Below the pieces are notes generated by a model, which made no database searches, had not been told where the DNA came from, and saw only the letters and a program-made list of their open reading frames with translations. Both the position numbers and the translations under genes were made by a program. A DNA stretch of 64,000 nt from Eledone cirrhosa (lineage: Eukaryota): NCBI GenBank assembly GCA_964016885.1, contig OZ024745.1, positions 98,146,001-98,210,000 on the forward strand, written 5' to 3'. This document shows positions 36,301-53,331 of this stretch, piece by piece (position 1 is the stretch's first letter; every line of letters begins with the position of its first letter).

Positions 36301-38609
36301 TATTTCTGTCTATTTTCCTATTGTTCACGTCCAGGACCACCAACTTACCGTCCGGGTCCCAGAAGATCGACCTTACCTCGAGATCCAGGCCTTTCCTAAA
36401 CAGCACTGCCACCCCGCCTCCCATTCCCGGCCGGCTAACAGATGCAAAGATCTGATAGTCGTCGAAAATGGGGCTAGTGCGCGCGTGTCGGAAATCCTGG
36501 TCTCGCTGACGGCAATTACATCCATTTCTATAGACCTGAGGTCGTTGAGCAGATGACCCTGCTTTCAGGACGATCCCAGGCCTCGAACATTTAAACATCC
36601 TACTCTTAATACGGCCATGTTGGCAGGTTAAAAAGAGAGAGAGGAAGGTTTACTTACCTTCCGGGCTCTTGTGAAGGTCGGGTTTTTCGACCTCCATAGT
36701 TGGTGGGGTTTCTTTTGGGAGCCCCTTTAAAAGTCTTGAAGTTGGTTTTACGTTCGGGGTTCCCACGTCCCGAGGAAAGCTGTCTCGTATTTCTTTGAAT
36801 ATATCGAGCGACATTCGCACCAGAACCAAATCTTCCGGCACGCGAAATGTGCTCGATTTAAAAATTTCCCCTCTTTTTGTATATTTTCACTTCGTGCTAC
36901 GAGGGCCATCAGTTCCTTGTTGGCCCTGCTGACGAGCACAAAGTTTTGTATGTTTTGTTGGTGTGATTTTATTTGTTTGCGTGGGTGGTGTCTGCATTTG
37001 TGGGTGCTTTGTTGAGTTTTTGTGCTTTGTTGAGTTTTTTTTTCTTTTTGTGTTTCCTTTTTTGTATTTTGGGGGATTTTGGTTTTCCCCTCATCTTCAC
37101 TACTGGTAGATGAGGGGTCTGTGTCTGTAAGTGTGTCTGTATGTATGTTTATGGTTTTATTGGTGGGTGTATTTTTGGTGGGGAGGGGGGATTTGACAGC
37201 TTTCCTCGTTTCCCCCCTGGGTGGTCAATGTTGGTGGTGGTCTTTCTATTGGTGTTGTTGTTGGTGGTTTTGCCGGTGCTGGTGTTGGTTGTGGTCTTCG
37301 CCCCGGCGTCGACAGCAGTGGAGCCTTTCGACCCCTTGCCTCTTTAAGCAGTTGAGGGCAGAAGGCTCGCAAATGGGGTTTTTCCCCACAAACAAAACAC
37401 TGCGGCCTTTTGCCTTCGGTCATGATGTGAATGACCGTCCCATTCTGAAGGCGGAAGTGGTCTAGGATTGTCTTCTCATTCTCGGGCCTGATCTGGAGAA
37501 GGATCTCCAGGTCAACCCCGGACCAGTCCTCTCTGGCCGTTCTGGTCACTTCTATAGGGACGGTATCCGTCCCCTCCACAATCACATATCCCAGAAGCCA
37601 CCACATGTCAAGTCCTGGTGGGATTCTGGGTATGCGGAGACGGGTCGTTCTTTTTCCCATGTGGGAGGGGTACATTATGACCTTGCTTGTTTTGCAAGGA
37701 GTCATAGCGTGTTTCATAGCGAGGGCTACTGACTTGAACAGCACCGAAATGGTGCCGTACTGTCTGCCCCTCGCTATGTACTGGGTGTCTTCTCTGATGC
37801 ACCTCAGCGCGACTTCGACATCTTCTTGTTGGCATTAAAGCTGCCCTTTTGGTTTGTGCTGAGATGCATCTATTATGCACCGTTCTGCGCTCCACTGCCT
37901 CAATAGCTTCTACCGGGACAGTTAAGTTGGCCCAGGTTTGCTCTTTCTTGATGAGCTTCCATGCCTGGGCCAACTTTTCATCTTTGTTTGAGAGGTCCAC
38001 GTTGAAGCATGGCCTCTTTTTTGCTACTGCCGCAGCGAAAGTGTTCTTCTTGTATTCGTTGGGGGTGTTGTTGTTGTTGTTCTTGTTGGTGTTGTTGTTA
38101 TCACTGTCGCTGTTATCATTGTTGTCTTTGTTGCCACCGTTGTTCTCAGTGCAGTTGGTATTGTTGCTGTTGGTGTTGTCGCTATTTGTTTTCATGTTAG
38201 TGGTGTTGATATTGTTGTTGTATTTGTTAATTCTTTTTTGTTATTTGTATTTTCGTTGTCGCTGTTACTGTCATTTTTTTCAAAATTAGAATTCTCATTG
38301 GTATCTTTAATGTCTTTGTTTACCTTGTTTGTGGTGGTGTTTGTGTTATCCATGTGTGTTAATTTCGCTGTAGCGCTCCTCTCACCTTCCACGTCGTTGT
38401 CGCACGACAGCAGAGATATCGCTGGGAGGCGTGGCTCAGCCATGTTTTATTTTCTCCGTAAACGTTTTAACATGTAAAAAAAATTCAAATATTTGGGCCA
38501 AAAGGCCAAAATATTATACTTTCCCCTTCACAGGGCAAAGTCTAAGGGCTTATATCCCTTACACAACAAATAACTTACTATGAGCGAGCAAAATACGTCC
38601 GCTTAGACC
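33345..38609 (-). mobile_element. Full-length but decayed Tx1-clade LINE (second subfamily)
   Basis: Frameshifted ORF1 (about 36650-38443) and ORF2 (about 33600-36618) fragments homologous to the first element; AATAAA then ATT-repeat tail; 5' end abuts (AAT)n 38610-38636. Confidence 0.9.
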
Positions 38610-38636
38610 AATAATAATAATAATAATAATAATAAT

Positions 38637-40228
38637 GCTTTCTTTATTAACCACAAGGGTTTAGATAAAGTAGACATTAAGGACAGTACAGGACAATACA
38701 GGACGGTAGAAATGGGGATTTCTGCGTGTAAAAAACAAAAACAGAGCATGTAACAAAAAATAACAATGAAAAATTCCCCAATACGGGGGAGACTTCCGAG
38801 GGACATTCGTGGAGAAAGCCCATTAAAAGGCCACAGTGACCCTGACCACCAGGGCAAGTGCCCTCTCCCAGTTTTCCACCTTTAATTTACAGATACATAC
38901 TCAGAGTAGGCCCATTCACTCGGGCCATTCTTGCCTCTCTCACCTATCTTTCAACAAAATGCTGGGAAGAGAACACTTCCCTCTCTACCCTGATTTTCCT
39001 TTTCAAATGAAATTTGAAAAAGTTAATCAGGGCATCACCGAAGAGGTAAGTGCTCGTCTTCAGCCCTTTCAAACGTGTCCACCATACTATCTCTTTCGCC
39101 ATGGCCACCAGACAGATAAAAACTCCCTGCCCTTCCTGGCTAAAGGAAGAGGGCGGAGCAATCCTCACGATGGACTCAGCTGATAGCTGGATCCGTCCTA
39201 CACGCGACAGCAGGCGACATAAACCCACAAGTCAGCAATGCTCGGACACTGGACGAGTGCGTGCAGGACGGTTTCGTCGCCCTGTGCGCATCTCGGACAT
39301 GCCCGGCTGACGGCACCTCCACGCCTGTAGAGTTTATCCCGAACTGGCAAAGCTCCTCGGTAGCACTGCCAGGCCAGGGATTTCTGGAAGTTTTCCATAG
39401 GCCCCAGCCCGAAAGTTCTGCCGAAGAGATTGGCTAGTTGATTTTCGTCGACGCCTAGAGTTTCCCCAAGTACGTCGTTGCTCTTCCCCTCCACTAATCC
39501 TCTATAGAATGCCAAGTTGGAGTTTCCACCGATCACATTGCCCGATTGGTCGAGGGCTGTGAGCGCCTGAAGACAATCCAGTCTCCAAGCGCTCCCTCTC
39601 GGTCTTCGCTTGAGCCAGGACTGCAGCTCCGTTAAGGAGACGAGCTGGGGAAAGACGCGTCTAGCAAACGGCGACCACGCCTGATCACCGTCGAGGAAGA
39701 GGTGGAGATGTCGTAGCCTCAGCGCGGTCTGCGCATAATCAGCCACGGCATGCCCACCCTCCACGAAGCTGGTGTTGACAGCAGATGGACCGCCTGACCA
39801 TCGGAGCGCGTCCCTTCCACAAAAAGCGAAAGAGCAAACGCTCCAGCGCAGTCAGGCGGGGCTTAGGACAAGGTACGACGGTCAGGTGGTAATAGATGAC
39901 GGAAGCGATGTACGCGTTAGCCACCTCCGCTCGACCTTTCAGGGATAGCTTCCTCTCCGCCCATTTCTGGGTGAGAGAAGCCTCCTTGCTCGTCACCTCG
40001 TCCCAGTTTTTGTCCGTCTGGAGGTCCGGACTGAACCAGACCCCTAGCAATTTAACCGGTCCGTCCGTCCAGCGCCCGACGATACTGTTGGACGGCATGG
40101 ACCTGCCTCTCCAGGTGGCAGGCTGCAGGCCCACTGACTTTTCCTGGTTGATCATTGCTTCTGTCACCGCTTCGTATTCTCTTAGTGTAGTGCCGATCGC
40201 CTCGATGTGTTTGGCGTTCGACACCACG
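38637..40228 (-). mobile_element. 5'-truncated Tx1 copy, same subfamily as 1-5907
   Basis: Near-identical to about 1-1490; flanked by (AAT)n at 38610-38636 and 40229-40242. Confidence 0.92.
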
Positions 40229-40457
40229 AATAATAATAATAAATGACCAAACGCACGTGGTAAGCAAATGCACAAAAAAACCTAAATATATATACATATA
40301 AAAATATACACGCACACATATACATATATATATACATACATACACAGACACATATACACATATATACATATATATACATAAAAGAAATACATAAAAATTT
40401 ATTTAAAATTGTATGTATACATACATATATATACACACATAAATACAGACACACACA

Positions 40458-42866
<2,409 letters not shown>

Positions 42867-43115
42867 CATACATACACAAAATAAAAATAAAGGGAAAGAA
42901 GCGGTATTCAAATAGTAGGGCATACGACAAATAAAAAATAAAGGTATAAATGTTTATAGCTGATTAAGAGCACTCAACAGCAAATAATCAATAAAAGTAA
43001 GCATTAAAAAACTCTGTATGTAATTATGCATATACATACAAAACCATACATACACACATACTCACACACACACACACAACCAACTACATACACATATATA
43101 TACATATACATATAT

Positions 43116-43184
<69 letters not shown>

Positions 43185-43265
43185 AACACACACTAATATA
43201 CACACACACATAAGTACAAAGGGTTACAACACCACATAAATAAAAATACACACACACACATATAA

Positions 43266-43310
<45 letters not shown>

Positions 43311-43741
43311 CATACACATACACATATATAAAAATGTATACATACATATACACATATATATATATATATACATACACTTATATACACATATACACGACAA
43401 CATACATACACGTAAAAGAAATATCTAAAAATCAAAAGGGGGTGGGTATGTAAAGGGTAAGGTAAAGAGTAGGTGGGAATAAGGAAAATAAATAACATAA
43501 GAAAAAGTAAAAAAATAAGAAGATAAGGGAGAAAGAGAAAATAAGGGTACAGAAAGTGAGTTCAGAGAGTAATAAAAGTCATAGTAAATGTAAGGCGTAA
43601 AGAGCAAAGAAGAAGTTCAAGGTGGTTAAGTCATCGTAGGAATGTCAATCCAGTTACAGAGCAGATGTGATTTCAGGTATATATATATATATATATATAT
43701 ATGATATTAATAAATGGAAACTATATTTATAAAACCATATT

Positions 43742-43803
43742 TATTCTATTATATATATTTTCAAGGGTACCAAAACTTTGGTACGCTCTCATCATATAAA
43801 ATA
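43742..43803 (-). ncRNA. Degenerate hammerhead ribozyme (C3 to A)
   Basis: Reverse complement: tattttat ATGATGA gag-c-gtaccaaa/tttggtac-c-ctt GAAA. Confidence 0.55.
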
Positions 43804-45009
43804 CAAAGTTTGTTTTATAAATAGTGACATACCCAGGAATCAGACCTTAACGTCTGGATAGTGAAAGGAAAGAGGGAAAAGGGGAAGAAAGGAAAAAACA
43901 AATATTTAAAATTATTTTGATGAATATGCAAATGAAGTTGAAGCGTAGGGCTGAAAAAAATCGTTATTTTTAGACGCTAGGTAGATTTAAATAATTATTA
44001 GGATATATATATGTTGGAAGAAGAAAGAGAAGCTTATGTTTATAGTATTACAGTGTACGTGAATTTAAAAATTAAAAGTGTGTTTAAGTGGTGGAATATC
44101 AATCCAGAATTTAAAAAATAAATCATGAGTTATAATATTATATATATAATCATTATAATTAGATTATATGAAGAATTATGGTTGTAAGTACATTTTATCT
44201 TATTATATTACAACAGGTTGTAAGTATATAAATATCTATATAGATTATTAAGTGTATAAATATAAATATTATTGGTAATTATATGCTGTTATTTTTTATA
44301 GATAGATTACACGCGTATTAATTTGTTTACATTTCTAATATGTTACGAAGGATGTTGAGTTTACATTTTAAATATATAGTTAAGAAAAGAGACGTAGTTC
44401 AAATTTTAAGAAAAGAATATTTTGTACATTCAAATAGTTTCATCAAAAATTGAAAATATTTACAGAAAATTATTAAGTTAGCGAAATTACATAGAATTTA
44501 ACATACAAGTTATTATGTCCATGTTTGCTCAATTGTAAAGGAAAAGATAACTCCAATATTATTTATTAAACCATTAATGTTAGATTTGATGAATAATTTT
44601 CTTAGAAAATGCGGAAAGTATTTAGAGAAAATTATATATTATTTTGTGTGAGATTATAAGATATTTTCTATTACATGTTTTCAAGGATGAGAATTTCAAT
44701 TATATATGTATTTAGATACTATCTACGTCGATAGATGTGTGAAAAGTTTGAAAATTAACTGAAGAAAAAATATATTATTAGATAAGTCAAGAGTGCATTT
44801 AGAAAAACTATCGTAAAGAGGATATCATTCAAAATATCAATTAAAAAGTATCAATCTAAAAAAAATACATTAAGAAGAGTATCATTAGGAATAGAATATT
44901 ATTGGTAAAAATATTAATTTAAGAAGAAAAAGATCATTTAAAAAACATCACTAAACAACAGAAGTATTGTAAAGATATATAAGATGTAGTCAAGTGTAAT
45001 GAATATTAT

Positions 45010-45955
45010 AGATTAAAATACTTCGGAAAGTCGTTCTTTGGCGATGTCTGCAAGAACTGAATAATTCATTTTTTTAAATTAATAGAATTTTGACAGTTAA
45101 TTATATAAAAAATGTCCTCGATACACAAATGACAGATTCTTGAGAGAGCCACATTTCGGTATGCGGGTGCTTTCGAAATCGTTCCCCAAGATATTTAATA
45201 GTCTATATTATTGTCCTTTAAATACCAAATTAGATGTGAAAGTGATGTGGAAGATTTTTTATCGGACCTATTAAATGTATGTTTGTGATTATACCAGAGT
45301 TCTTTGAATTTTGTAGAAGTGGCACCTATATAGTTAAATATTTTGTCTCTAGTTTTTACTGTGCATTTATATAATAAGTTTTTTATCTAAGCAATTGTTT
45401 TGTAAAGGGCATTTTGATTCAATTCCACAGTTACATTTTCAGGAGTTGTTGTTATTAGAAACGCTACTATTATTATTAGTATGAATATTGTTATTAGAAA
45501 TATTATTATTGTTATCTTGGTTTGTTTGGTTAGGGTTTAAATTTAACTTTCTATTATTTATTCTATTTATATTTTGTTCTATGTTCATAGTAGTAGAGTA
45601 AGATAGTTTGATAGTGTGTCTGTTAAAAATAGAGTGGTATCTGTGGGCTTTAGGAAAATACTTATCCAGTGCTTTGAAAAATAATTTTGTTACAGGTGTT
45701 TTAACACCTAATAAGAATGGGGGAGAGTACCAAATAATATTTCTAGTTCTAGTTTTTTTGTTTGGTTTACTATTTAAGTTGTATTATAGAGAATTTTATG
45801 ATTTAGCATGTTATTGTTATCTAAGTATTTAATTTTATTCGAGTATCCAGCTCTATGTAAAGCCTCATTGTAATATTCTGCCTTATTATCAAAAATATTT
45901 TTATTAGTTGAGATGCGTGAATTCGTTGCTGGACACTATTGACAATAGTATTTTT
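45010..45955 (-). pseudogene. Naiad-type RT thumb/linker + GIY-YIG endonuclease remnant
   Basis: Manual translation across frameshifts: IFDNKAEYYNEALHRAGY; ALDKYFPKAHRYHSIFNRHTIKLSYSTT; CNCGIESKCPLQNNCL; YKCTVKT..NYIGATSTKFK..NHKHTF; ICHLC..ELFSSCRHR; collinear with ORF 60444-62207. Confidence 0.85.
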
Positions 45956-46000
45956 ACACACACACACACACACACAGACACACACACACACACACACACA

Positions 46001-46092
<92 letters not shown>

Positions 46093-46390
46093 CACACACA
46101 CACATACACACACAGACACATATATATATATTCACACATACACATACATTCATACACACACACATACATACATACATACATACATACATACATACATACA
46201 TACATACATACATACATACACAGCACACACACTTACACACACAGACACATATATATATACACGTACACACATACACACTAACACATACACTCATCCACAC
46301 ACACACACACACACACTTACACACTTGCACTCCCTCTTTCATTATATACACACACGCATACACTTTCTTTCACTCACTCTCTCTCCCCCC

Positions 46391-46421
<31 letters not shown>

Positions 46422-46477
46422 TTTGTCTATCTATCTGTTTATCTCTCTATATTTCTCTCTATCTATCTATTTATCTA
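45956..46477. repeat. Compound (CA)n/(TA)n/(CATA)n/(CT)n/(CTAT)n microsatellites
   Basis: Direct read. Confidence 0.92.
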
Positions 46478-49387
46478 CAGTGAACGGATAAGTAGATTAG
46501 TTAAGCAACAGTTGACGGGACCCATCGTCAACAATAGATGGTGGTACTCTCTCAAGAGAGCAATTAATGTAGAGTCGATAGCTTTTAGCAAAGAACTAGC
46601 TTTAGAGAAAAACAAAACAGAAACAGAACTAATAGCCAAGGTAGAGGAGGCGCTTAGGAGTGGCAACGCAGCTAGAGTGCTGGCAACGAGAACGGTACTG
46701 GATCAGTTCTTCGATGCGAAACACGAAGGCTACGTGATCAGAAGTAAATCACGTGCTCTAGGAAACGAGGGAGCAAGAGCTGTAAGCTGGGCCCGAGCGG
46801 CAGAGGCGAAAAGTGGCAACAAGTCAACGATTCGGTCTTTGAAAGACCAAAACGGACGCGTGCTACTTGACTCCAAGCGGATGTTCACGGCCTTTCAGCG
46901 GCACTTTGCGCAACTGTTCGAGCAGAGCGACGATGCGCCGAACAGGGCAATGGACTTCGGTTCATACCTCGACGGCCTGCCGCGTCTCTCGAGCATGGAC
47001 GCCGAGTTCTGCGAAAGACTGATCACAGCTACTGAGATACGGGACGCTCTGGGTCACTGCGGGAAACGCAAATCACCCGGTCTAGATGGTGTACCCTATG
47101 AGTTTTACATAGGCATGCCGGACTTGTTCTCTGGCGCCCTCGAAGCCGTCTATTGCAACAGGCAGCAGAACGGGAGAATTCCCAGTTCTGCAGGCAGGGG
47201 CGAGTAATGCTGATCAGGAAAGACGAGAACAAGGGGGACGAACTAAGCAACTTTAGGCTCATAACTCTGCTTAACACAGAGTTAAAGATTTTGGCCAAGG
47301 TGTTAGCAACGAGGCTGGCGCTTGTCGTCGAGAACCTGGTAGGGAAAGCGCAAACGTGTTCAATCCCGACCAGGTCCATACACGACAACCTCCACCTCAT
47401 GCGATACATCATAGAGAGGGTGGGGTGTAAACCCGGCTTCGGTGGGGCTCTGATTAATTTAGATCAGTCTAAAGCGTTCGATAGGGTCGACCATCGATAC
47501 TTGGAACAGGTTCTCAAGGCGGCCGGTTTCGGACCCGTCTTCAAAGGCTGGATCAATGCAATGCACACCAACATCTGCTCGACGGTCAAGGTAAACGGCT
47601 ACCTATTGGAGCCGTTCGCAATCACGCGTTCAATCCGATAGGGATGCCCTCTCTCCTCCATTCTGTACGTACTGACTCTAGAGTCACTACTACGGAAGCT
47701 GGAGCTTCTGCAAGGCATCCCGTTGGAACCGGGACTGCGGAAAGCGGCGTCGGTTTATGCCGACGACGTGACAGTAATGTTGTCGGAAACATCGGAAATC
47801 GGAGCAATCGGCAATTTACTGCAGGAATACAAAAGGCTCACAGGAGCAAAACTGAACCAGGACAAGTCTGTCGGTTTGCAGCTCAGAGCGTGGAGAGGCA
47901 AACCGATGCCATCCGACAGCGTCGTCGGACGCTGGACGGAAGGACCGGTGAAAATGCTTGGGCTCTGGTTTGGTCCGGACCTCCAGTTGGAGAAAAACTG
48001 GAACGACACCACAGCCAAGGTATTTGCACTCACCCAGAAGTGGGCAGAGTGCAAACTATCCTTGAAAGGTCGAGCGCAGGTGGCGAACACTTTCATAGCG
48101 TCCGTCATCTACTACCGCTTGACCGTTGTGCCTTGTCCCCGTGAATACCTCACCAAGATGGAACGCATGCTCTTCCAGTTCCTTTGGAAGAAGCAGGCTC
48201 CACTGGTGAGGAGATCCGTCTGCTGTCAGCACCCTTCCAACGGGGGGGGGGGGGGGGGCTGGGAGTGCCGTGGCTGATGATGCGCAAACACGCGCTGAGG
48301 CACGGCATCTCCAGGAATTCCTCACCGAACAACCGGTGTGGGCCCTGTTTGTGAGACAGGCCTTCCCACAACTTATCTGGCTGACGGAGCTGCAGTCCTG
48401 GGTCAAGCGGAGACCGAAGAAAATGGGGACCTGGCACATTGAATGCGCTCAGGCTCTCACAGTCCTCTTTCAAGCGGGCACAGCAATCAGTGGAGACTCC
48501 ACTTCGCCATTCTATAGGGGGTTAGTACTTTACAAGTGCGACGACGTGCTCGGAGAGACTCTGGGCGTCGAAGACGACGAGCTCACCAGTCTGTTCGGTA
48601 GGAATTTCCGCCCGGGACCTATGGACAACTTCCAGAGGTCTCTGGCCTGGCAGTGCTACCAAGGAGCTCTACCAGTTCGAGACAAGATCTACAGGCACGG
48701 ACACCCCGGCAGGGATCCTTCCAAAAGGACGTGTCCAAGATGCGAGCAGGACATTGAAACCGTCCTGCACGCAATTGTACACTGCCCGGGCGTAACCGAC
48801 CTGTGGAACTACGCAGAACAACTGATGTCACATATGGGACAAATCCAGTTGACTGCCGAGTCCATAGTATGGATCAAACCGCCAACTTCTTTCAAAAACG
48901 AAAAAGGGGCGGTTTTCCTCTGTATAGTGGTTGTGGTAAAAGAGATTATATGGTGGACGAGATTGAGAGGACTGAGGACAGATGCCTTTCTCTCCGGACA
49001 ACAACCCATTCCCTTATTTAGGTTTCACTTTATAAGGAGAATCAGAGTGGAGAGAGAAGCACTGCACCCCAGTAAATTTACTGAAAGGTGGGTGAATCTG
49101 GCAAAAATGGCCCGAGTGATTGGGCCTTCTCTGTTTCTAAACCTGTAGGTTCAAGAAGAGAGCAAAAGGAAGAAAGGAGCACATGCACAACACACTCATG
49201 AAGTTGAGGGTTGTTCTCTCTACGGGGTATTAAACAACCCATTTGTAACCCCTCCCCCCTATTGGGGATTTCGATTGTTGAATTTGTTTGTTTAAACATT
49301 TTTTTTACACGATTGTATGTAAAATCCCCGGCATATGTCCTTGTATTGTCCCCTTTTCTTGTGCGCCCTTGTGGCAAATAAAGAAAT
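46478..49387 (+). mobile_element. 5'-truncated Tx1-clade LINE (third subfamily) flanked by (TATC)n
   Basis: ORF2 fragments with KSPGLDG, DQSKAFDRVDH, YADD, CPRC..ETVLHAIVHC; AATAAA at 49377 followed by (TATC)n; (CTAT)n at the 5' junction. Confidence 0.9.
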
Positions 49388-49432
49388 ATATCTATCTATC
49401 TATCTATCTATCTATCAATCTATCTATATATT

Positions 49433-49463
<31 letters not shown>

Positions 49464-49804
49464 CTGTTGTACCCATTTATCTCTAAGTGATCTGGGTAAT
49501 TTCAGTGTTAAGCAACTTAACCACAAAGTTCAACAGCAGTGACACAATATGAAACACAGCTGGATGTCTATCAACACTTCATATTATTTTTAGTAATACT
49601 TTTATATTCAGTGATTCTTTTAACATGCAGTTTACCCTACTTCTGTAGCTCTAATTCTAAATTGTTGCTTTAGGTTTTTTTGTGTCAACTGCATCTTCTT
49701 AAATATCAAACGATAGTTAAAAACTTAAAACACCCATAAAATGTTTCAAATAGTTATTATAACTGTGTCTCAGACTCTGAGAGTATCAGACACTGGGTCA
49801 TGGC

Positions 49805-50134
49805 CAAGGCTGGATTTAGTCCTTGGTGGGGTCCGGGCACTTCAGGTTTGGTGGGGGCGGGCTCATACACAAAAAAAATTAGAATGCACCCCACCCCCCA
49901 CCCCCCCACCCACCCCCGCCGCACATCTTACATATCGAAGCCAGCTTGGCGCAATTAATTGGAATTGAATTCAATTTTTGAATTAAATTCAAAAATTCTA
50001 ATCATCCTAAAACTAAAAAGCCCAGCTGAGGGCACAAATAATTGTTTCGGCCGTCGCTGGTGTCTCTACCCCCTCGCCCACAGCAAGGGGCCCGGGGCAA
50101 TTGTCCTCTCTGCCACTCATTAAATCGGGCCCTG
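49805..50134. mobile_element. MITE with hAT-like TIRs
   Basis: caaggctggattta / taaatcgggccctg imperfect TIRs; no clear TSD. Confidence 0.5.
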
Positions 50135-50659
50135 GTCTCAAATATTTATGAAACTCTAAAATTTTCTAAAAACATGAGATCTGCTTTCCAAGCATAAACA
50201 ATCCTAAAATCACCACTGTCATAATTTTAACATGTACCTTCTACCCCACATCTACCCTACTCTTTAATCTACACTCTGCCCAACTTCTGCTACACATCTA
50301 CCCCATATATACCCCACCTATACCTCACACTCTACCCCATCCTCTACCCCACCCTCTAGCCCAACCTCTAACCCACCCTCTAATCCACTTCTACTACCCC
50401 TATTACTACCCCCATTACTACCAACCACTACTACAATCATCGCCATTATCACAATATCAAACACTAAGTGTCATGGCAGCTGCCTCAAAGATTTTTACAG
50501 TTATAAAATTTATATTTTATTCTAAATAGATTAAAAGTAATAGTTGATCACAGTGATATTTGGTTTCGGGAGTTTGACGTACTCAATACACAGCTGAATG
50601 TGTAAATATCACCGTCATTCCGGATCATTAATCCCTAGGTTATGAAGACTGCCTCGACA

Positions 50660-51262
50660 TTATGACATACACTACACTATAACATACACTACACTATGAT
50701 ATACACTACACTATGACATACACTACATTATGACATCCTCTACATCCTCTACACTATGACATCCTCTATATAACGACTTTCATCACATTATGACATACAC
50801 TACACTATGACATCCTCTACATTACGACTTTCATCACATTATAATATACACTACACTATGACATACACTACACTATGACATACACTACATTATGACATCC
50901 TCTACATCCTCTACACTATGACATCCTCTATATAACGACTTTCATCATATTATGACATACACTACACTATGACATACACTACACTATGACATACACTACA
51001 CTATAACATCCTCTACATTACGACTTTCATCACATTATGACATACACTACACTATGACATACACTACACTATAACATCCTCTACATTACGACTTTCATCA
51101 CATTATGACATACACTACACTATGACATACACTACATTATGACATACACTACATTATGACATACACTACATTATGACATCCTCTACATTACGCCTGTCAT
51201 CATATTATAATATACACTACATTATGACATCCTCTACATTTCGACTTCTATCACATCATGAC
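50660..51262. repeat. Minisatellite: 17-bp ctatgacatacactaca unit interspersed with a longer variant (tgacatcctctacattacgactttcatcacatta)
   Basis: Direct read. Confidence 0.9.
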
Positions 51263-51364
51263 ATTGATCAGACAAAAATGTCCGCAAGACAGAAATCACC
51301 CATGCTAATTTCTTTTTTAGAAGTAGATTAATTTTACTTTATAGTGAGAATGTAATGATGGATA

Positions 51365-51575
51365 TACTGACAGAACTGGTAGAGCGTCGGAAGTAATGCT
51401 TTGTGGCCTATATCATAACTCTTTACATTCTGAGTTCAAACACGCCTAGGTCAACTTAGCCTTTCATCCTTTCAGGGTCGATAAAATAATGTACAATCAA
51501 TCAAGTACTAGGGTTGATATAATCGACTTCGATCCCGCAATCTGTTGGTCGTATGTCTAAATTAGAAACTATTAT
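51365..51575 (+). mobile_element. Diverged Meta-like SINE
   Basis: gagttcaaa..ggtcaacttagcctttcatcctttcagggtcgataaaataa. Confidence 0.65.
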
Positions 51576-52523
51576 ATACAGAAGATTCAGTTCAGTTATT
51601 GATTCATATCACACGCAGCTGAAAGATAGACAATCAAACATTGAAGTTTTGTCTATTCACAATCAACGAACGCAGTATTTAGCCCCTGGGTTTGATCCTA
51701 CTACGTGGCATCGTGGGCAAATTCCATGCCTCGGGTCAATCTTGTATATAAAATTAGATAGAAGCCCGCCAGATGGACTGTACTTGTTATTCAAAGGACC
51801 AGCTTTGTCACACACTGTATTAGGCTGAGTGGACCTCCCTCAGAATTACATTATGTGTACACAGATCTGTGGACTGATCTGTCGTTTGCACATTAATTTC
51901 ACAAGCAGGCTGTTCCGTTGATCGAACAACTGCAATGCTCATCGTCGAAGCCGACGGAGGCTCGTCGATTTACATTCAATAGGTTCAGTAGGTATTAATA
52001 GCGGGGAGCGAGTGGGTGGCTGAGGGCATATGATGCAGAGAAGAGACTGCTCACGTTAATCCTGCTGACCAACGAGGCTTTCTACAGACTGGTGAAATCA
52101 GAACTGTCGAGGTTCCAGCTGAATTTCTGTAGATGGAAATATGAAGAAAACATAGATAAGAGATGGTTGAAGAGCCCAAAGAGACAAAGGATTCGGTGAA
52201 TTGTTTAGTAAGGGAATTGTTCAGTAAAGATGGTCTGAGAAGGAAAGGCAGGTGAATCTCTTTATTATAGACAGCTTACTAGTTGAAATGAGTAAAAGCC
52301 GTTGTAAGGAGAAGAGAGAGGGGGGGGGGTAAATATAGAGAGGGGGGAGATAGCGATAGGAGGTGAATGAGAAAAAGAGAGAGGGGGGAAAGAGAGCTGG
52401 GGGGGGGGAGATAGCGATAGGGGATGAATGAGATAGAGAGAGAAAGAGAGAGGGGGGTAAATATAGAGAGCCGGAGAGATAGCGATATGGGGTGAATGAG
52501 AGAGGGGGGTAAATATAAAGAGG

Positions 52524-52554
<31 letters not shown>

Positions 52555-53331
52555 TAATGTTGTGTAGTGGTGGAATAGTAGTCGCAGTGGTTGGATTGCT
52601 TCTTATTCGGATGTAATCTGAAATATGTAATAGCAACATATTTCTATGGTAATGTCTCTTTCTCTTGGTGGTACAGTATGATAAAAACGGTAGACAATAT
52701 ACTCCCCTGCTCGATTATTAGTGGAAATAAAAATAGAAATCAATGTTATAATATATTGATGATATATTGATAATTACAAATCTTATCATTATACATAATA
52801 ATGAGAGAAATATGAAAAGAAAAAAAAAAACGGAAACAATGCCAGTATTCGGAACAGAATGTAATAATTCTTTTATTCTTGATTAGAAATTCGTAATAAT
52901 TTCTCAACATAGAGACTAGTTTGTGTTGATACAGATAATTTACTTTTGTAGTAGGAATAGCAGTCCGCAGGCTTCATAGATTTATTCTAGAGCCAGCAGC
53001 CATTTAAATCACCTGCTTCTGGTCATTTTCTTTGTCACATCTCGCCATCTTATCTGAATTTTTTGACCACCAAGGGAAAATATCTACTGGTGAAAATCGT
53101 CTAGGATCTGATCTTCAAAAACATGAAAAGAAAAAGAAAATTTATCTATAAGAGTTGTTACTGAGATAGTTTCCTTATAGAGACATGTCCTATTTAGGCC
53201 AAATAATTCTTTGTTATGCCTGGAATATATATATACCAGCTGAGGTACCCAGCTTCGCCAAGGTTAACAAATGATAAGAGAAGACCGACAGAAGAGAAAA
53301 CGTCTGTATTGAATGCATTGTCTTGTTTACA

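Larger units (their letters stand above)
43703..45955 (-). mobile_element. Decayed 5'-truncated Penelope-like (Naiad-type) element ending in hairpin-family-B pLTR
   Basis: Coding remnant 45010-45955; AT-rich 3' UTR; terminus 43703-43830 homologous to B arms; ends in (TA)n. Confidence 0.8.

Noticed and set aside
45939-47207. 422-aa ORF with His/Thr-rich N-terminus
   Set aside because: Chance read-through of microsatellites into a truncated Tx1 ORF2
50660-51262. Possible CRISPR-like array
   Set aside because: No unique spacers, eukaryotic context, no cas genes
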